NCBI GenBank assembly: GCA_965552035.1
Contig: CBEVQP010000001.1
Location: 1-28,134, forward strand
Length of the DNA stretch: 28,134 bases
From: an uncultured Thermoplasmata archaeon
GTDB lineage: Archaea > Thermoplasmatota > B47-G6
Reading direction: 5' to 3'
Made by a program: the position numbers and the translations under genes
Notes under the pieces: model-generated
What the model was told of the DNA's origin: nothing
Databases searched by the model: none
The model's input: the letters and a program-made list of their open reading frames with translations, nothing else
In this document: piece after piece, positions 15,825 to 25,200 of the stretch
Layout: each line of letters starts with the position of its first letter
Numbering within the stretch: position 1 is the first letter of the stretch

Positions 15825-17090
15825 ATGAACCTCGTTCGATATCTCATTGACAAAAAGGAAGACATAAAAGAGCTGTCTGTGAAAGAGAGACTTATAGCTG
15901 TATCACCAAACAGGAACTTTATAGTTTCGATTATCGGACCAAGAAGATCTGGTAAGACGTATTTTCTTTACTACTTTATAAAGAAGAACCGAATAAATGA
16001 CGAAGATTATGTTTTTGTGAACTTTGAGGAACACGTGCAATTCGGGGATCCTCTTAAAATACCCTTTGTACATCAGGAAATATACGGAAAACATCCTGAT
16101 TTTATATTCTTCGACGAAGTCCAAGCACTAGGTAATTGGGACAGGGTTATTTACAGCCTCTACGAGAAGAAAAGATATTATATATTCGTCACAGGATCAT
16201 CGTCTAAGCTCCTCTCTTACGAGATAGCAACACATCTGAGAGGAAGAACTATGCGAGTGAATGTGTATCCATTCTCAATGCGGGAGATACTCTCAATGCA
16301 TGGTCTCGGGGCAAAGAGACACTATTCTTCATACGAGGAGGCTAAGATAAAAAGTATCATAAACAAGCACATATACACGCAGTTCCCCGATGTAGTTCTT
16401 GGTAACATCCGCCCAAAGACTTTCTTTACGGACTATCTTGATCTCGTCATCTACAAGGATATCGTTGAGAGATACGGTATAAAGAACAGATACGTTCTTG
16501 AACTGTTTCTGAGAAGCGTAATATCATCGCATACAAAGGAGTTTTCTGTAAGCAAGCAGTACAACATCCTTAAGTCTCAAGGGATAAAGGTTGCAAAAAA
16601 GACGTTGTATAACTTTCAGAAGATATTGGAAGACATACAGCTAGCGTTCTTTCTAAGGAAGTACTCTCCAAGTCTGAAAAAAGCAGAAATAACGATCCCG
16701 AAGGTATATCTTGTGGATTCGGGTTTATACAACTTTATCATTGGTAAAGATTTTTCAAAAAGCCTAGAGAGCATAGTTTTCTTGGAGTTGATAAAGGGAG
16801 GGCTGAGACCCAACAGAGAGATCTTCTACTATAAAACGAAGTCGGGGAAGGAGGTTGATTTTGTAATAAGGGATAATGGAAAAACACACGTTATAGAAGT
16901 AACACATGAAGTGGACGAGGATCACATCAAAAAATCTGTAACAGCGTCTAATGAGTTGAAAGCAAACAGCGTAACTATAGTCACCTGGGACGATGAGGAT
17001 ACAATAAGGAGATCAGGAAAAGAGGTTAAAATAGTCCCGTTTTGGAAGTGGATTTTGAGATTTGCAAACAATATTTCAATGAGACATTAA
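15825..17090 (+). CDS. AAA+ ATPase with DUF4143-type C-terminal domain (AAA_14 family)
   Basis: Walker A GPRRSGKT, Walker B FFDEVQ, VTGSSSKLL...LRGR, PFSMRE, KVYLVDSG, ESIVFLEL, EVDFVI (PD-(D/E)xK-like C-terminus). Confidence 0.92.
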   Translation: MNLVRYLIDKKEDIKELSVKERLIAVSPNRNFIVSIIGPRRSGKTYFLYYFIKKNRINDEDYVFVNFEEHVQFGDPLKIPFVHQEIYGKHPDFIFFDEVQALGNWDRVIYSLYEKKRYYIFVTGSSSKLLSYEIATHLRGRTMRVNVYPFSMREILSMHGLGAKRHYSSYEEAKIKSIINKHIYTQFPDVVLGNIRPKTFFTDYLDLVIYKDIVERYGIKNRYVLELFLRSVISSHTKEFSVSKQYNILKSQGIKVAKKTLYNFQKILEDIQLAFFLRKYSPSLKKAEITIPKVYLVDSGLYNFIIGKDFSKSLESIVFLELIKGGLRPNREIFYYKTKSGKEVDFVIRDNGKTHVIEVTHEVDEDHIKKSVTASNELKANSVTIVTWDDEDTIRRSGKEVKIVPFWKWILRFANNISMRH

Positions 17091-17372
17091 CAACGATTTT
17101 CCATCCTGTCCTCTTCCGTGAATAGATTTACTTTGTGGTCGCCCGCGTCCTATATTTGGGTAATAACGGAAACTTACTCTATACACGAGTGATATAACCT
17201 CGGGGCGGGGGAGATAATGATAAAGCTCTTTCCGGATGAGGAAAGAAGATCTTTCCGGGGTTTCGGAAATAATAATTATTCTGCCTGTTCTTCCTTTGGT
17301 AAATAATATGAGTGCAAATCGTCTGCTTTTATTGGAGATTGTGAAAGGAATCATAATATAATGTGGAGGCAT
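17076..17372 (-). other. Uncertain ORF, possibly a remnant of a frameshifted membrane-anchored protein
   Basis: 98-aa ORF without motifs; a hydrophobic stretch (LILMMAGLMLLLSLFSFFL) lies just upstream in another frame. Confidence 0.2.
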
Positions 17373-17470
17373 AGAAAGGAAGAAGGTTCTTCAGAAAAAA
17401 GGAAAAGAGAGACAATAGAAGCATTAACCCAGCCATCATAAGGATCAGGCTAGGCCTCCACTACAGGGGC

Positions 17471-17989
17471 TTATAACACTTCCTCAATATTTGTTACTCT
17501 CCACCAGAAATCCTCGCTTGGTATGTGCAGCACACCATTGTTGAAGAACCTTTCCATTCTATATCTGGTGTACGTTACTGAATACGACAAGTGCCCTAGC
17601 TTGACGTACTCGCCTGCGTCTTTTTCTACCAAGACAATCACCCCAACCTCAAGCAGTGTTTCGTCTCCAATGTGCTTGTATGTTTCGCTAGTTATTGGTA
17701 TCACTATCGTAATGTTTCTTGGTATCTTATCACATTCCATAGTCTCATTTATTAGCACATATGCCCTCATTGGCCATCCCTGCTTCACTTTATCTATGTT
17801 GTAGATGACAACAGCATAATGTACTATCACTTTAGTATATGTCATATTGTCTAGCTTCTCTTGAAGTCTCTCCTGTGGTAACTCCGCTATTATTGTGAAC
17901 TTGGGTATGTTCTCTTCTTAATACAACACGTACGCTATGGCCCCGATGAGCAGACACATTATCAATACTATTACCAGCGTTCTCTTCAT
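17471..17989 (-). pseudogene. Membrane-anchored/secreted hypothetical protein interrupted by one in-frame stop
   Basis: ATG at 17989 gives MKRTLVIVLIMCLLIGAIAYVLY*EENIPKF..., in frame with ORF 17471-17845; TAA at 17918-17920. Confidence 0.7.
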
Positions 17990-18294
17990 TTCACGATCCA
18001 TACACACCGCCTCCTCAGAAGAACAATCGCTGTATAGTAATTTAAAAAGTTTTTCCTCCGAAAAATATTGACGTTAAAAAGCGCTGAATGACCATCAACT
18101 TTATAGATACTCTTCTACCCGTTCTGTGACGTCGATGGGAGTAATTATAAGCATTTTTGGCGGGTATCGAATATTTTTCTAATGCCAATCAAGTTTTAAA
18201 TCACTCCAACGAAGACTATCTTTTGGTTTGTTAACACTTCTGTGAAGCATGCGTATTGTTGCATATGATGTTATTCGCTTGCATGACCTTGTGG

Positions 18295-18374
18295 CTCATT
18301 AGACAAGTAAGCTAATGAGAAACACATTAAAATTGTAAAAAACATACATGCAAGATATTGACAGACTTAAGTCT
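18295..18374. promoter_or_regulatory. Palindromic sites upstream of the oxidoreductase operon
   Basis: CTCATTAG-N9-CTAATGAG (18295-18319) and perfect 12-bp AGACTTAAGTCT (18363-18374); RBS GGAGGT just before ATG 18417. Confidence 0.45.
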
Positions 18375-18416
18375 ATTGAAAGCATACATCAATGAGACCT
18401 TCAAGGAGGTTAGGGT

Positions 18417-19469
18417 ATGGAACCTATGAACTTTGCCTTTCACTGCAAATCAAAACCCGAGCCGTCGGGTAAAAAAGTGGCTATAATTGGCGCCGGTCCA
18501 GCAGGATTAGCAGCGGCAGGATATTTGGCATGTAAAGGTCATGAGATCGATGTTTATGAAAAATTACCAGAACCTGGTGGACTAATGATCTTTGGAATTC
18601 CTGAGGTGAGAATTCCTATCGAAAGAGTTCGCGCAGGGTGTAAGTTATTGGAAGAGAAGTTTGGCGTGAAATTTATCACTAGAACCAAGGTCGTTTACGG
18701 AGAAAGGCATGACGAGGGAGACGAGCTTTTAGAAAAGACAGTTAACCTAAAGGAGCTTATTGAAAAGTATGATGCTGTGTTAATCACTACAGGCACTTGG
18801 AGATCCAGGATTCCGAAGATAGAAGGTGCAGAACTCGATGGAGTATACGCAGCCCTAGATTATTTATATAGGCTAAAGGCCTCCAGGCTGGGATATCTTT
18901 CAAAGGAACACGCCCCTGAGGTAAAAGGAAGAATAGTTGCAGTAATAGGGGCAGGATACTCTGCAGTGGACGCCGTAATAGAATCCCTAGCAGTAGGAGC
19001 TAAGAAGGTATACCTTCTCTATAGAAGGACTATACAAGAGGCCCCGGCAGGGATTTACGAAATAAACGCGGTTAGGCAGAAGGGAGTAGAATGGATGGAG
19101 CTAGTCTCTCCAACAAAGATAATAGGGAAGGATAAGGTAGAGAAAATAGAGTTGATCAAAAACAAACTTGGAGAACCCGACGAATCTGGAAGAAGAAGGC
19201 CTATACCAATCGAGGGCTCTGAGTTTACCATTGACGTAGACGTTGTGATATTTGCAACAGGAGAGAAATCTACACCCCCGTTTTCAGAGGATTTGGGGAT
19301 AGCAGTAGACAAGTGGGGAGGAATAGTAGTAGACGAGAGGCATATGACTAGCGTCGAAGGCGTCTTTGCAGCGGGCGACGTTGTCACAGGCCCCTCAAAG
19401 GTTGGTCATGCTATTCTTAGCGGGCTTAATGCTGCTAGAGCATTAGACATTTGGCTAAAGTCGAGGTGA
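18417..19469 (+). CDS. FAD/NAD(P)-dependent oxidoreductase, GltD/SudA-like, lacking the N-terminal Fe-S domain
   Basis: KKVAIIGAGPAGL, GGLMIFGIP, VAVIGAGYSAVD, LYRR, TSVEGVFAAGDVVTGP; only a short N-terminal stub precedes the first Rossmann motif. Confidence 0.9.
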   Translation: MEPMNFAFHCKSKPEPSGKKVAIIGAGPAGLAAAGYLACKGHEIDVYEKLPEPGGLMIFGIPEVRIPIERVRAGCKLLEEKFGVKFITRTKVVYGERHDEGDELLEKTVNLKELIEKYDAVLITTGTWRSRIPKIEGAELDGVYAALDYLYRLKASRLGYLSKEHAPEVKGRIVAVIGAGYSAVDAVIESLAVGAKKVYLLYRRTIQEAPAGIYEINAVRQKGVEWMELVSPTKIIGKDKVEKIELIKNKLGEPDESGRRRPIPIEGSEFTIDVDVVIFATGEKSTPPFSEDLGIAVDKWGGIVVDERHMTSVEGVFAAGDVVTGPSKVGHAILSGLNAARALDIWLKSR

Positions 19470-19474
19470 GGATC

Positions 19475-19966
19475 ATGCAGACAGATAAATACAAAGTTAG
19501 GTATATGATAAGTCTTGAACTCTGTATCGGTTGTGAAACGTGTGAAAGTGTATGTGCCTTTATCCATGAGGGAAAACCAAACATACGTGTCTACAGGACA
19601 TCTCAGGGCGTTTACATACCCGTAAATTGTATGCACTGTATAAAGGCTCCATGTATAGAGGCATGTCCTGTTAACGCTATCTACAGGGACGAGGAAGACG
19701 CAGTAATTATAGATCCTAACAAGTGTATAGGATGTGGAATGTGCTCCATGGTTTGTCCTTATGGAGCTCCCAGATTTGACGAGTGGTTAAACGCATATAA
19801 CAAGTGTGATCTTTGCAAACCTCTAAGAGAACGGGGGCTTAATCCTGCTTGTACAGAGATGTGTCCATCCAACGCAATATTCTATGGAGACCCAGAAGAA
19901 ATAGCAAGGAAGATGGGAGCAAGGTTTGCAGAAAAAATGTTTCAGAGCAAAATTGCAGGTGAGTAA
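19475..19966 (+). CDS. 4x[4Fe-4S] electron-transfer protein (FdhB/HycB/CooF-like)
   Basis: CIGCETCESVC, CMHCIKAPCIEACP, CIGCGMCSMVCP, KCDLC...PACTEMCP; RBS GAGGTGA 19463-19469 favours ATG 19475. Confidence 0.9.
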   Translation: MQTDKYKVRYMISLELCIGCETCESVCAFIHEGKPNIRVYRTSQGVYIPVNCMHCIKAPCIEACPVNAIYRDEEDAVIIDPNKCIGCGMCSMVCPYGAPRFDEWLNAYNKCDLCKPLRERGLNPACTEMCPSNAIFYGDPEEIARKMGARFAEKMFQSKIAGE

Positions 19967-20010
19967 TCCTACTTTTTCTTTTAATTTTTAGGTTATAAAA
20001 TAAAATTAGA

Positions 20011-21570
20011 TTAGAAGAAGAAGCTCTCCACGAGTTTTCTAACTACCTCTATGTACGTGTTGTAGTCCATTGCCTGGGAAGCTGCTGGAGATATAAGCGC
20101 GTTGTATATCGTTGGGGCTAGGAGACCTACTGCGATTATGATCAAGGCAAGTATTAAACATACCCCACTCATTGTTCCCGTACTTATTTGCTTTATCTCC
20201 TTTTCTGGGCCCCAGACGATCTTGTAGAGCACTCTTATGTATGCTACGAGTGCTATGATGCTTGATACAACCATTACTACTGAAAGGCCGATGTTAAATT
20301 CCATGTACGCTGTGAATAGCAGCAGCTTACTATAGAACACGTTTAGCGGAGGTATGCCAACGAGACTAAATGTGGAAATCGCAAAGGCGAACGTGGCTAT
20401 AGGTACGTGTTTTCCTATTCCGCTTAGGTCATCTATCATACGAGAACCAGCGACCTGTATAAAGACCCCTGCGGCAAGGAACATGAGGGCCTTTGCTATT
20501 GCGTGATTCACAATGTGGAATAACGATGCTTCTACACCCAAAGAAGTTCCTAGGCCAATGGCAGAAGCTATGTATCCCATGTGGACTATTGTAGAATATG
20601 CTATAAGCCTCTTTATGTCCTTTTGAACGTTCATCATTATTGCTGCGAAGATTGTCGAAAAAGCTCCTAGGACAATTAGGATTGTACCAATAATGCTCAC
20701 TACCTTGGTGAGAGTAGGCTCTGTTATGCCTCCGTAAATGGTGATGAAGAATCTTAGCATAGAGTAAACTCCTACGTTCACTACGAGGCCACTGAGTATT
20801 GCCGAGATGGGTGTAGGAGCTGCTGGGTGTGCTTCTGGAAGCCAGAAGTGTGTTGGAAATATGGCTGCCTTAATCATGAATGCCCACGTTGCCAATACTA
20901 GGGCAACTCCAGAGACTAGGGCGATATTATTGCAGTATATCTCGCTAACTGGAAACGAGATCCCGTGGACTTTTGCAGCGAGATCTGCCATATTAAGCGT
21001 TCCAAGACCACCGTAGAGAACTATAACTGCGAGGAAGTATATGGTGGTGCCAACGGCTCCGATGAACGCATATTTAAGGCCTGCTACTACAGCATCTCCA
21101 CGGTCTCTATAGAACATTACAAGTCCATAGGCAGCTATGCTTGTTACCTCAATCATGACGAAGAGGTTGAACGCATCTCCAGTTAGGAGAACCCCTAGTA
21201 TGCCCGCTTCGAGGCCTAGATATAGAGTATAATACCATTCCAAGCCCTTCTCATGCTTGAGATATTCATAGCTATATATTGCGATGAGAAACATGAGAAA
21301 GCTAGTCGTTAGCGCTATAGTGGCGTTTAGTTTATCTACTTCATACAAGATTCCTATGGGCGCTACCCAACGCCCGAAGGTGTAGACTAAAGGCTCAGAG
21401 GAGTGATAAGCCTCCTTGAATACTAGTGCTGATAGAATTAGAGTGACGAGCGTGGCAATTAGTGAATATCCGAAGATGTATTCCCTCCTAGATCCTACAA
21501 TTTTAGCAAACAATGGTAAGGCGAAGGCAAACGCTATTGGTGTTAACACGGCCAAACCTATCGCGTTCAA
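20011..21570 (-). CDS. mrpD: Mrp/Mnh antiporter subunit D (proton-conducting, MbhH-like)
   Basis: GDAFNLFVMIE, KAAIFPTHFWLPEAHPAAPTPISAILSG, KRLIAYST, FHIVNHAIAKALMF, GIPPLNVFYSK; TTG start with GAGGTGA RBS. Confidence 0.9.
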   Translation of the reverse strand: MNAIGLAVLTPIAFAFALPLFAKIVGSRREYIFGYSLIATLVTLILSALVFKEAYHSSEPLVYTFGRWVAPIGILYEVDKLNATIALTTSFLMFLIAIYSYEYLKHEKGLEWYYTLYLGLEAGILGVLLTGDAFNLFVMIEVTSIAAYGLVMFYRDRGDAVVAGLKYAFIGAVGTTIYFLAVIVLYGGLGTLNMADLAAKVHGISFPVSEIYCNNIALVSGVALVLATWAFMIKAAIFPTHFWLPEAHPAAPTPISAILSGLVVNVGVYSMLRFFITIYGGITEPTLTKVVSIIGTILIVLGAFSTIFAAIMMNVQKDIKRLIAYSTIVHMGYIASAIGLGTSLGVEASLFHIVNHAIAKALMFLAAGVFIQVAGSRMIDDLSGIGKHVPIATFAFAISTFSLVGIPPLNVFYSKLLLFTAYMEFNIGLSVVMVVSSIIALVAYIRVLYKIVWGPEKEIKQISTGTMSGVCLILALIIIAVGLLAPTIYNALISPAASQAMDYNTYIEVVRKLVESFFF

Positions 21571-21581
21571 GGTAGATCACC

Positions 21582-22076
21582 TCATTCGAATATTTTCTTG
21601 GCAAATCTCTCAAACTCTTCAGATATGCGCTTCTTAGCTTCTTCGGGATCTTCCGTTACTACGTTGATCCAGTTAACGTAGATGTATTCGTCATCCATGT
21701 CGACAGTAACTGTGCCGGGCGTGTTTGTGATAGAATTTGCGACTAGGATCCTAGAATACTCGTTTTTCACCTTTATTGGAACCTTTACTATCCCTGGTCT
21801 TATATTTCCGGTTACAATCCTCTTTATCACGTCCCAGTGGGCTTTAAACTCAATAATAGTCATGTACTTTATGAAATAAATCACTGCCCAAAGCCATCTT
21901 ACAGGATTAAGCGCCTTACTATCTTTCTCTACAAGGAAGCTACCAAATAGAGCCCCACAAATAATTCCTATGATAATCCCCGTTACTATGTCGAATAATG
22001 TTGCAGATCCCGTAAACAGGATGTAAATGACGAACGTGAGAAGTGCTACGGGAATGAATCCCCTAAGAGCCCTCAT
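21582..22076 (-). CDS. mrpE: Mrp/Mnh antiporter subunit E (MbhA-like)
   Basis: IRPGIVKVP, ANSITNTPGTVTVD. Confidence 0.9.
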   Translation of the reverse strand: MRALRGFIPVALLTFVIYILFTGSATLFDIVTGIIIGIICGALFGSFLVEKDSKALNPVRWLWAVIYFIKYMTIIEFKAHWDVIKRIVTGNIRPGIVKVPIKVKNEYSRILVANSITNTPGTVTVDMDDEYIYVNWINVVTEDPEEAKKRISEEFERFAKKIFE

Positions 22077-22458
22077 TTTTGATCACCTTTGCGATCTTTC
22101 TCACATCCGTTGTTCCGTAGATCCTATAAATCTGGATGATTGCAAAGGCTATGAGGATGTTCACCGCCATTCCAATAACTACTGCAGTGATTACGAGCGC
22201 TTGAGGTAAGGGATCGACTGCCGTAGCCAAAAATTCTTTAAGACCCTCTTCGGTAAGCCTTGGTAGAACTGGCGGGGCTACAGGATATATAAGGCGATAT
22301 CCAACCATGATTGCGAGGAGGTTTGCAGAATCTGTGAGGATTGTTAGGGCTATGAGTTTCTTGATAAGACTTGGCCTCCTAGCTATTCCGTAGAGGCTTA
22401 TTACGGTAGCGCCAAGAATTGAAATAATTACTATCGACCATAGGAACTCTACGATCAT
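22063..22458 (-). CDS. mrpC: Mrp/Mnh antiporter subunit C (MbhG-like)
   Basis: LIKKLIAL, VDPLPQALVITAVVIG. Confidence 0.9.
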   Translation of the reverse strand: MIVEFLWSIVIISILGATVISLYGIARRPSLIKKLIALTILTDSANLLAIMVGYRLIYPVAPPVLPRLTEEGLKEFLATAVDPLPQALVITAVVIGMAVNILIAFAIIQIYRIYGTTDVRKIAKVIKNEGS

Positions 22459-23228
22459 TCTTTCTTCACCCCTAAGAGTTTTTTAAAGATCTTCTCTGGT
22501 GTGGCTAGTAGTAAGAACACCGCCGTGAAACCAGCGCCTACTGCGAAGTATTCGAAGATGTTATAGAGTATGAGCGAACCGCTTGTAAGCTGACCTCCAA
22601 TCCTTGCAGGGAATATTGGCTGGTTCTGCATTATGTAGGCGCCATATAGAAGGGGGAAAAGCGCTACTAATGCAATGCCTACGAGGCTTAAAGAACGGAC
22701 AACCATGGCTCTGTCTTTGGTAAATCCAAGATCTTCGAGAGCAAATTTAGAAAAGGCTACTATAACCAAAAGTGGTACAACTGCAAGGGCAGAGCCTCCC
22801 TGGAACCCTCCTCCCGGAGTAAGGTGACCGTGAAGGGCTATTGAGGCAGATACTGCTATAATCATAACTGATACGAGTTTTACTATGCCTTTGACTATGA
22901 AACTTAGTCCTGGACCGGAATCTTCAGAGTGTTTTTCACTTTCTATAGTATTCCCAAGCCTGAAGAGCGCCAGCGATGATATAATTGCAAGGAAGAACAC
23001 GCTTGTTTCGTATATGGTATCGAGGCCACGGTAATCCCAGAGGATTGAGGTGACGACTTCGGGACTCATTGCGGAGTAGTCTCCGAAGTAACTATTTTCT
23101 AGGAAGAATTTGCCTAGAGCTCTCACCTCTTCGGTTTCTGGAGCCATGTTTAGGGATGTAAGTACGAACGATAGGAGTATGACGAATAACACAATGATAC
23201 ATGCAGTTACTGCGTGAACTTTCTTCAT
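22455..23228 (-). CDS. mrpB: Mrp/Mnh antiporter subunit B (MbhE+MbhF-like fusion)
   Basis: VVTSILWDYRGLDTIYE and HGHLTPGGGFQGG. Confidence 0.88.
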   Translation of the reverse strand: MKKVHAVTACIIVLFVILLSFVLTSLNMAPETEEVRALGKFFLENSYFGDYSAMSPEVVTSILWDYRGLDTIYETSVFFLAIISSLALFRLGNTIESEKHSEDSGPGLSFIVKGIVKLVSVMIIAVSASIALHGHLTPGGGFQGGSALAVVPLLVIVAFSKFALEDLGFTKDRAMVVRSLSLVGIALVALFPLLYGAYIMQNQPIFPARIGGQLTSGSLILYNIFEYFAVGAGFTAVFLLLATPEKIFKKLLGVKKE

Positions 23229-23482
23229 GAGATCACCTCTCTCCTCTCAGTTTTGCTTATCACGAATATCAATAGTGCCGTGTAGATACCGACAGCTATG
23301 GCGATGTACGCTAGCAAAACGTCAGGAGCCATAAGTATATAGAAGGCAATTGCATAGGCCACTGCCTGTCCCGCGGAGTATATAACAGCCTTGAGGAGGT
23401 CCTCCTCAACTATTGCAAAGTATGCGAAGACCAATCCTAATACTGCCGAAATTGCTAAGACTATGAGGTGAAGGAATATCAT
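23225..23482 (-). CDS. DUF4040 / MbhD-like antiporter subunit
   Basis: DLLKAVIYS...LMAPDVLLAYIAIAVG; ATGA overlaps on both sides. Confidence 0.85.
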   Translation of the reverse strand: MIFLHLIVLAISAVLGLVFAYFAIVEEDLLKAVIYSAGQAVAYAIAFYILMAPDVLLAYIAIAVGIYTALLIFVISKTERREVIS

Positions 23483-23841
23483 TTTTCCATCCCCTCAAGG
23501 TGGTCACAAACCTTATCTTCCCATTTTACAGCTTTACTTTTGTGAGCAGCATATGCAAGGGCATGAGAAGCAGTAGGGGCGACAATGAGGATTATGATGG
23601 CTGTAACGAATGACGCGCCAGCGATGACGTATTTTATAGATCCTAAGAAGTCACTACCAATTGCTACTAACGCAACGCCGATTAGCGGCACTACGGCACC
23701 GCCTATAGCACCGACAGTTGCAGCATGAAGCCTAACGTAAAAGTTTGGAAATCTTAGGAGCCCAATAGCACCGAAAAGATCACATATTGCTCCTACAAAG
23801 ATTAATACTGCTCCGATGTAGAACAACACCGTGCCTATCAT
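23479..23841 (-). CDS. mrpG: Mrp/Mnh antiporter subunit G (MbhC-like)
   Basis: GLLRFPNFYVRLHAAT, APTASHALAYAA; start taken at ATG 23841 (ATGA overlap with mrpF stop) rather than 23901. Confidence 0.9.
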   Translation of the reverse strand: MIGTVLFYIGAVLIFVGAICDLFGAIGLLRFPNFYVRLHAATVGAIGGAVVPLIGVALVAIGSDFLGSIKYVIAGASFVTAIIILIVAPTASHALAYAAHKSKAVKWEDKVCDHLEGMEK

Positions 23842-24122
23842 GCTCCCACCTCCCTGCGAACGAAGTACTTCGCTAGGTAGAGGTCTAGTAGGAATGCCCA
23901 TAGAGCAAGTATTATTGCGCTGCTTGCTAAGAACGCACTCTTAAAGTATACTGCCAGCATTGCAATGAACGCCGCTAAGTCAAAGGACAAACAGTCTACA
24001 GCCAATACTGAGTCAAATATTGTTGGCCCTTTTATTAGCCTTATTGAGTAAATTATGAATGCTAACATGTAAATTGGGACTGATATTATTACTAATTTGA
24101 CAAATACACCCTCAAGGCTCAT
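23838..24122 (-). CDS. mrpF: Mrp/Mnh antiporter subunit F (MbhB-like)
   Basis: RLIKGPTIFDSVLAVD, LYLAKYF. Confidence 0.9.
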   Translation of the reverse strand: MSLEGVFVKLVIISVPIYMLAFIIYSIRLIKGPTIFDSVLAVDCLSFDLAAFIAMLAVYFKSAFLASSAIILALWAFLLDLYLAKYFVRREVGA

Positions 24123-24684
24123 TTTTTGGCTCCTCCTTAAATATTATCTTTGGGAGAAAGTGCCTCGTACCAAGCTCCTCTTTAAGAATGATTTCAAGTT
24201 TCCTCTTTTCCTCGTCTGGGAATGTCTCTCTGTGTTCACGTCTCTTTTGTTTTTGTGCTACGAGTTTTCTTAGGACTGCTACTGCGTATATAAGAGATTC
24301 TGGCTTTGGAGGACATCCTGGAACATATATCGTGAGAGGAGGGTCTATGCCATATTCCTCTTTGAGTATCTTGTAGAACTTTTTAACTCCACCCACAACG
24401 GAATACGTATCGTGCCAAATTCCGCCACCACATGCACAGGACCCTATTGCGATAGCAATTTTTGGCTCTGGCAGGGCCTTTATGGCCTCTACAACCTTGT
24501 GTACCATGGCCCTTGTAATGGGCCCCGTAAAGGCGATGGCATCAGCATGTCTAGGTGATGGGACTAGTTTTATTCCAAACCTCTCCACGTCGGGCCTAGG
24601 AGTGAATATGTCAAGCACTTCTATGTCGCAGCCATTACATGAACCACTATTAACATGAAATACCCATAGACTCTTCTCAAACAC
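24112..24684 (-). CDS. Group 4 [NiFe]-hydrogenase small subunit (HycG/NuoB-like)
   Basis: SGSCNGCDIE, SPRHAD...TGP, IGSCACGGG, YVPGCPPKPE; GTG start. Confidence 0.92.
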   Translation of the reverse strand: MFEKSLWVFHVNSGSCNGCDIEVLDIFTPRPDVERFGIKLVPSPRHADAIAFTGPITRAMVHKVVEAIKALPEPKIAIAIGSCACGGGIWHDTYSVVGGVKKFYKILKEEYGIDPPLTIYVPGCPPKPESLIYAVAVLRKLVAQKQKRREHRETFPDEEKRKLEIILKEELGTRHFLPKIIFKEEPKNEP

Positions 24685-24687
24685 ACT

Positions 24688-25200
24688 TCACACCTCGTAA
24701 ATCTGATATTTAACTCTGAACGTGAGTTCTGCTTTACAGTCTGGACATATCAACAACTCGTAAGTTTGAACATCCTCCATTTTTTCCCTTAGATATTGTA
24801 CATACTTATAGGGAACGAATGGCTTACCACAAATGAGACATCGTGCTAGTTCAAGCTCCACGACCTGATATAGGTCTTCTTCTGAAAGCGTTGCAAGCTC
24901 GAATTCTTTTGTGAGCTTTATGGCCCCTACGGGACATACCTCTTGACATCTTCCACAGAAGATACATCTTCCTATGAATACCTGCAGACGACGGAACCCC
25001 TTTTCCTTATCATCCTGGAACGTAATTGCATTTGGTGGACAAACTCTAGCACAGGCGACACAGCCTATACAATATTCTGGGTTTATTTCGGGTTTTCCTC
25101 TGAAGTCTTCAGGGAGCTCTATGGGCTCAAACGGATATTTCTCCGTGACCCTCTTTTTCGATATTGAGTCGATAAATATCCTAAGCCTGCCCATAATCAT
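24688..25200 (-). CDS. Hydrogenase Fe-S subunit (HycF/NuoI-like)
   Basis: CIGCVACARVCP, CIFCGRCQEVCP plus C-terminal CLICG...CPDC. Confidence 0.92.
   Translation of the reverse strand: MIMGRLRIFIDSISKKRVTEKYPFEPIELPEDFRGKPEINPEYCIGCVACARVCPPNAITFQDDKEKGFRRLQVFIGRCIFCGRCQEVCPVGAIKLTKEFELATLSEEDLYQVVELELARCLICGKPFVPYKYVQYLREKMEDVQTYELLICPDCKAELTFRVKYQIYEV

Noticed and set aside
17084-17170. ACATTAAC at the ATPase stop as a second attC
   Set aside because: Does not fit RYYYAAC, has no L-box pair or downstream GTT core, and does not complement GTTATGC.
13537-17920. Recoding (selenocysteine/pyrrolysine) of the in-frame stops at 13537 and 17918
   Set aside because: Both are TAA, not TGA/TAG, and lie in a decaying island; simple pseudogenisation is more likely.
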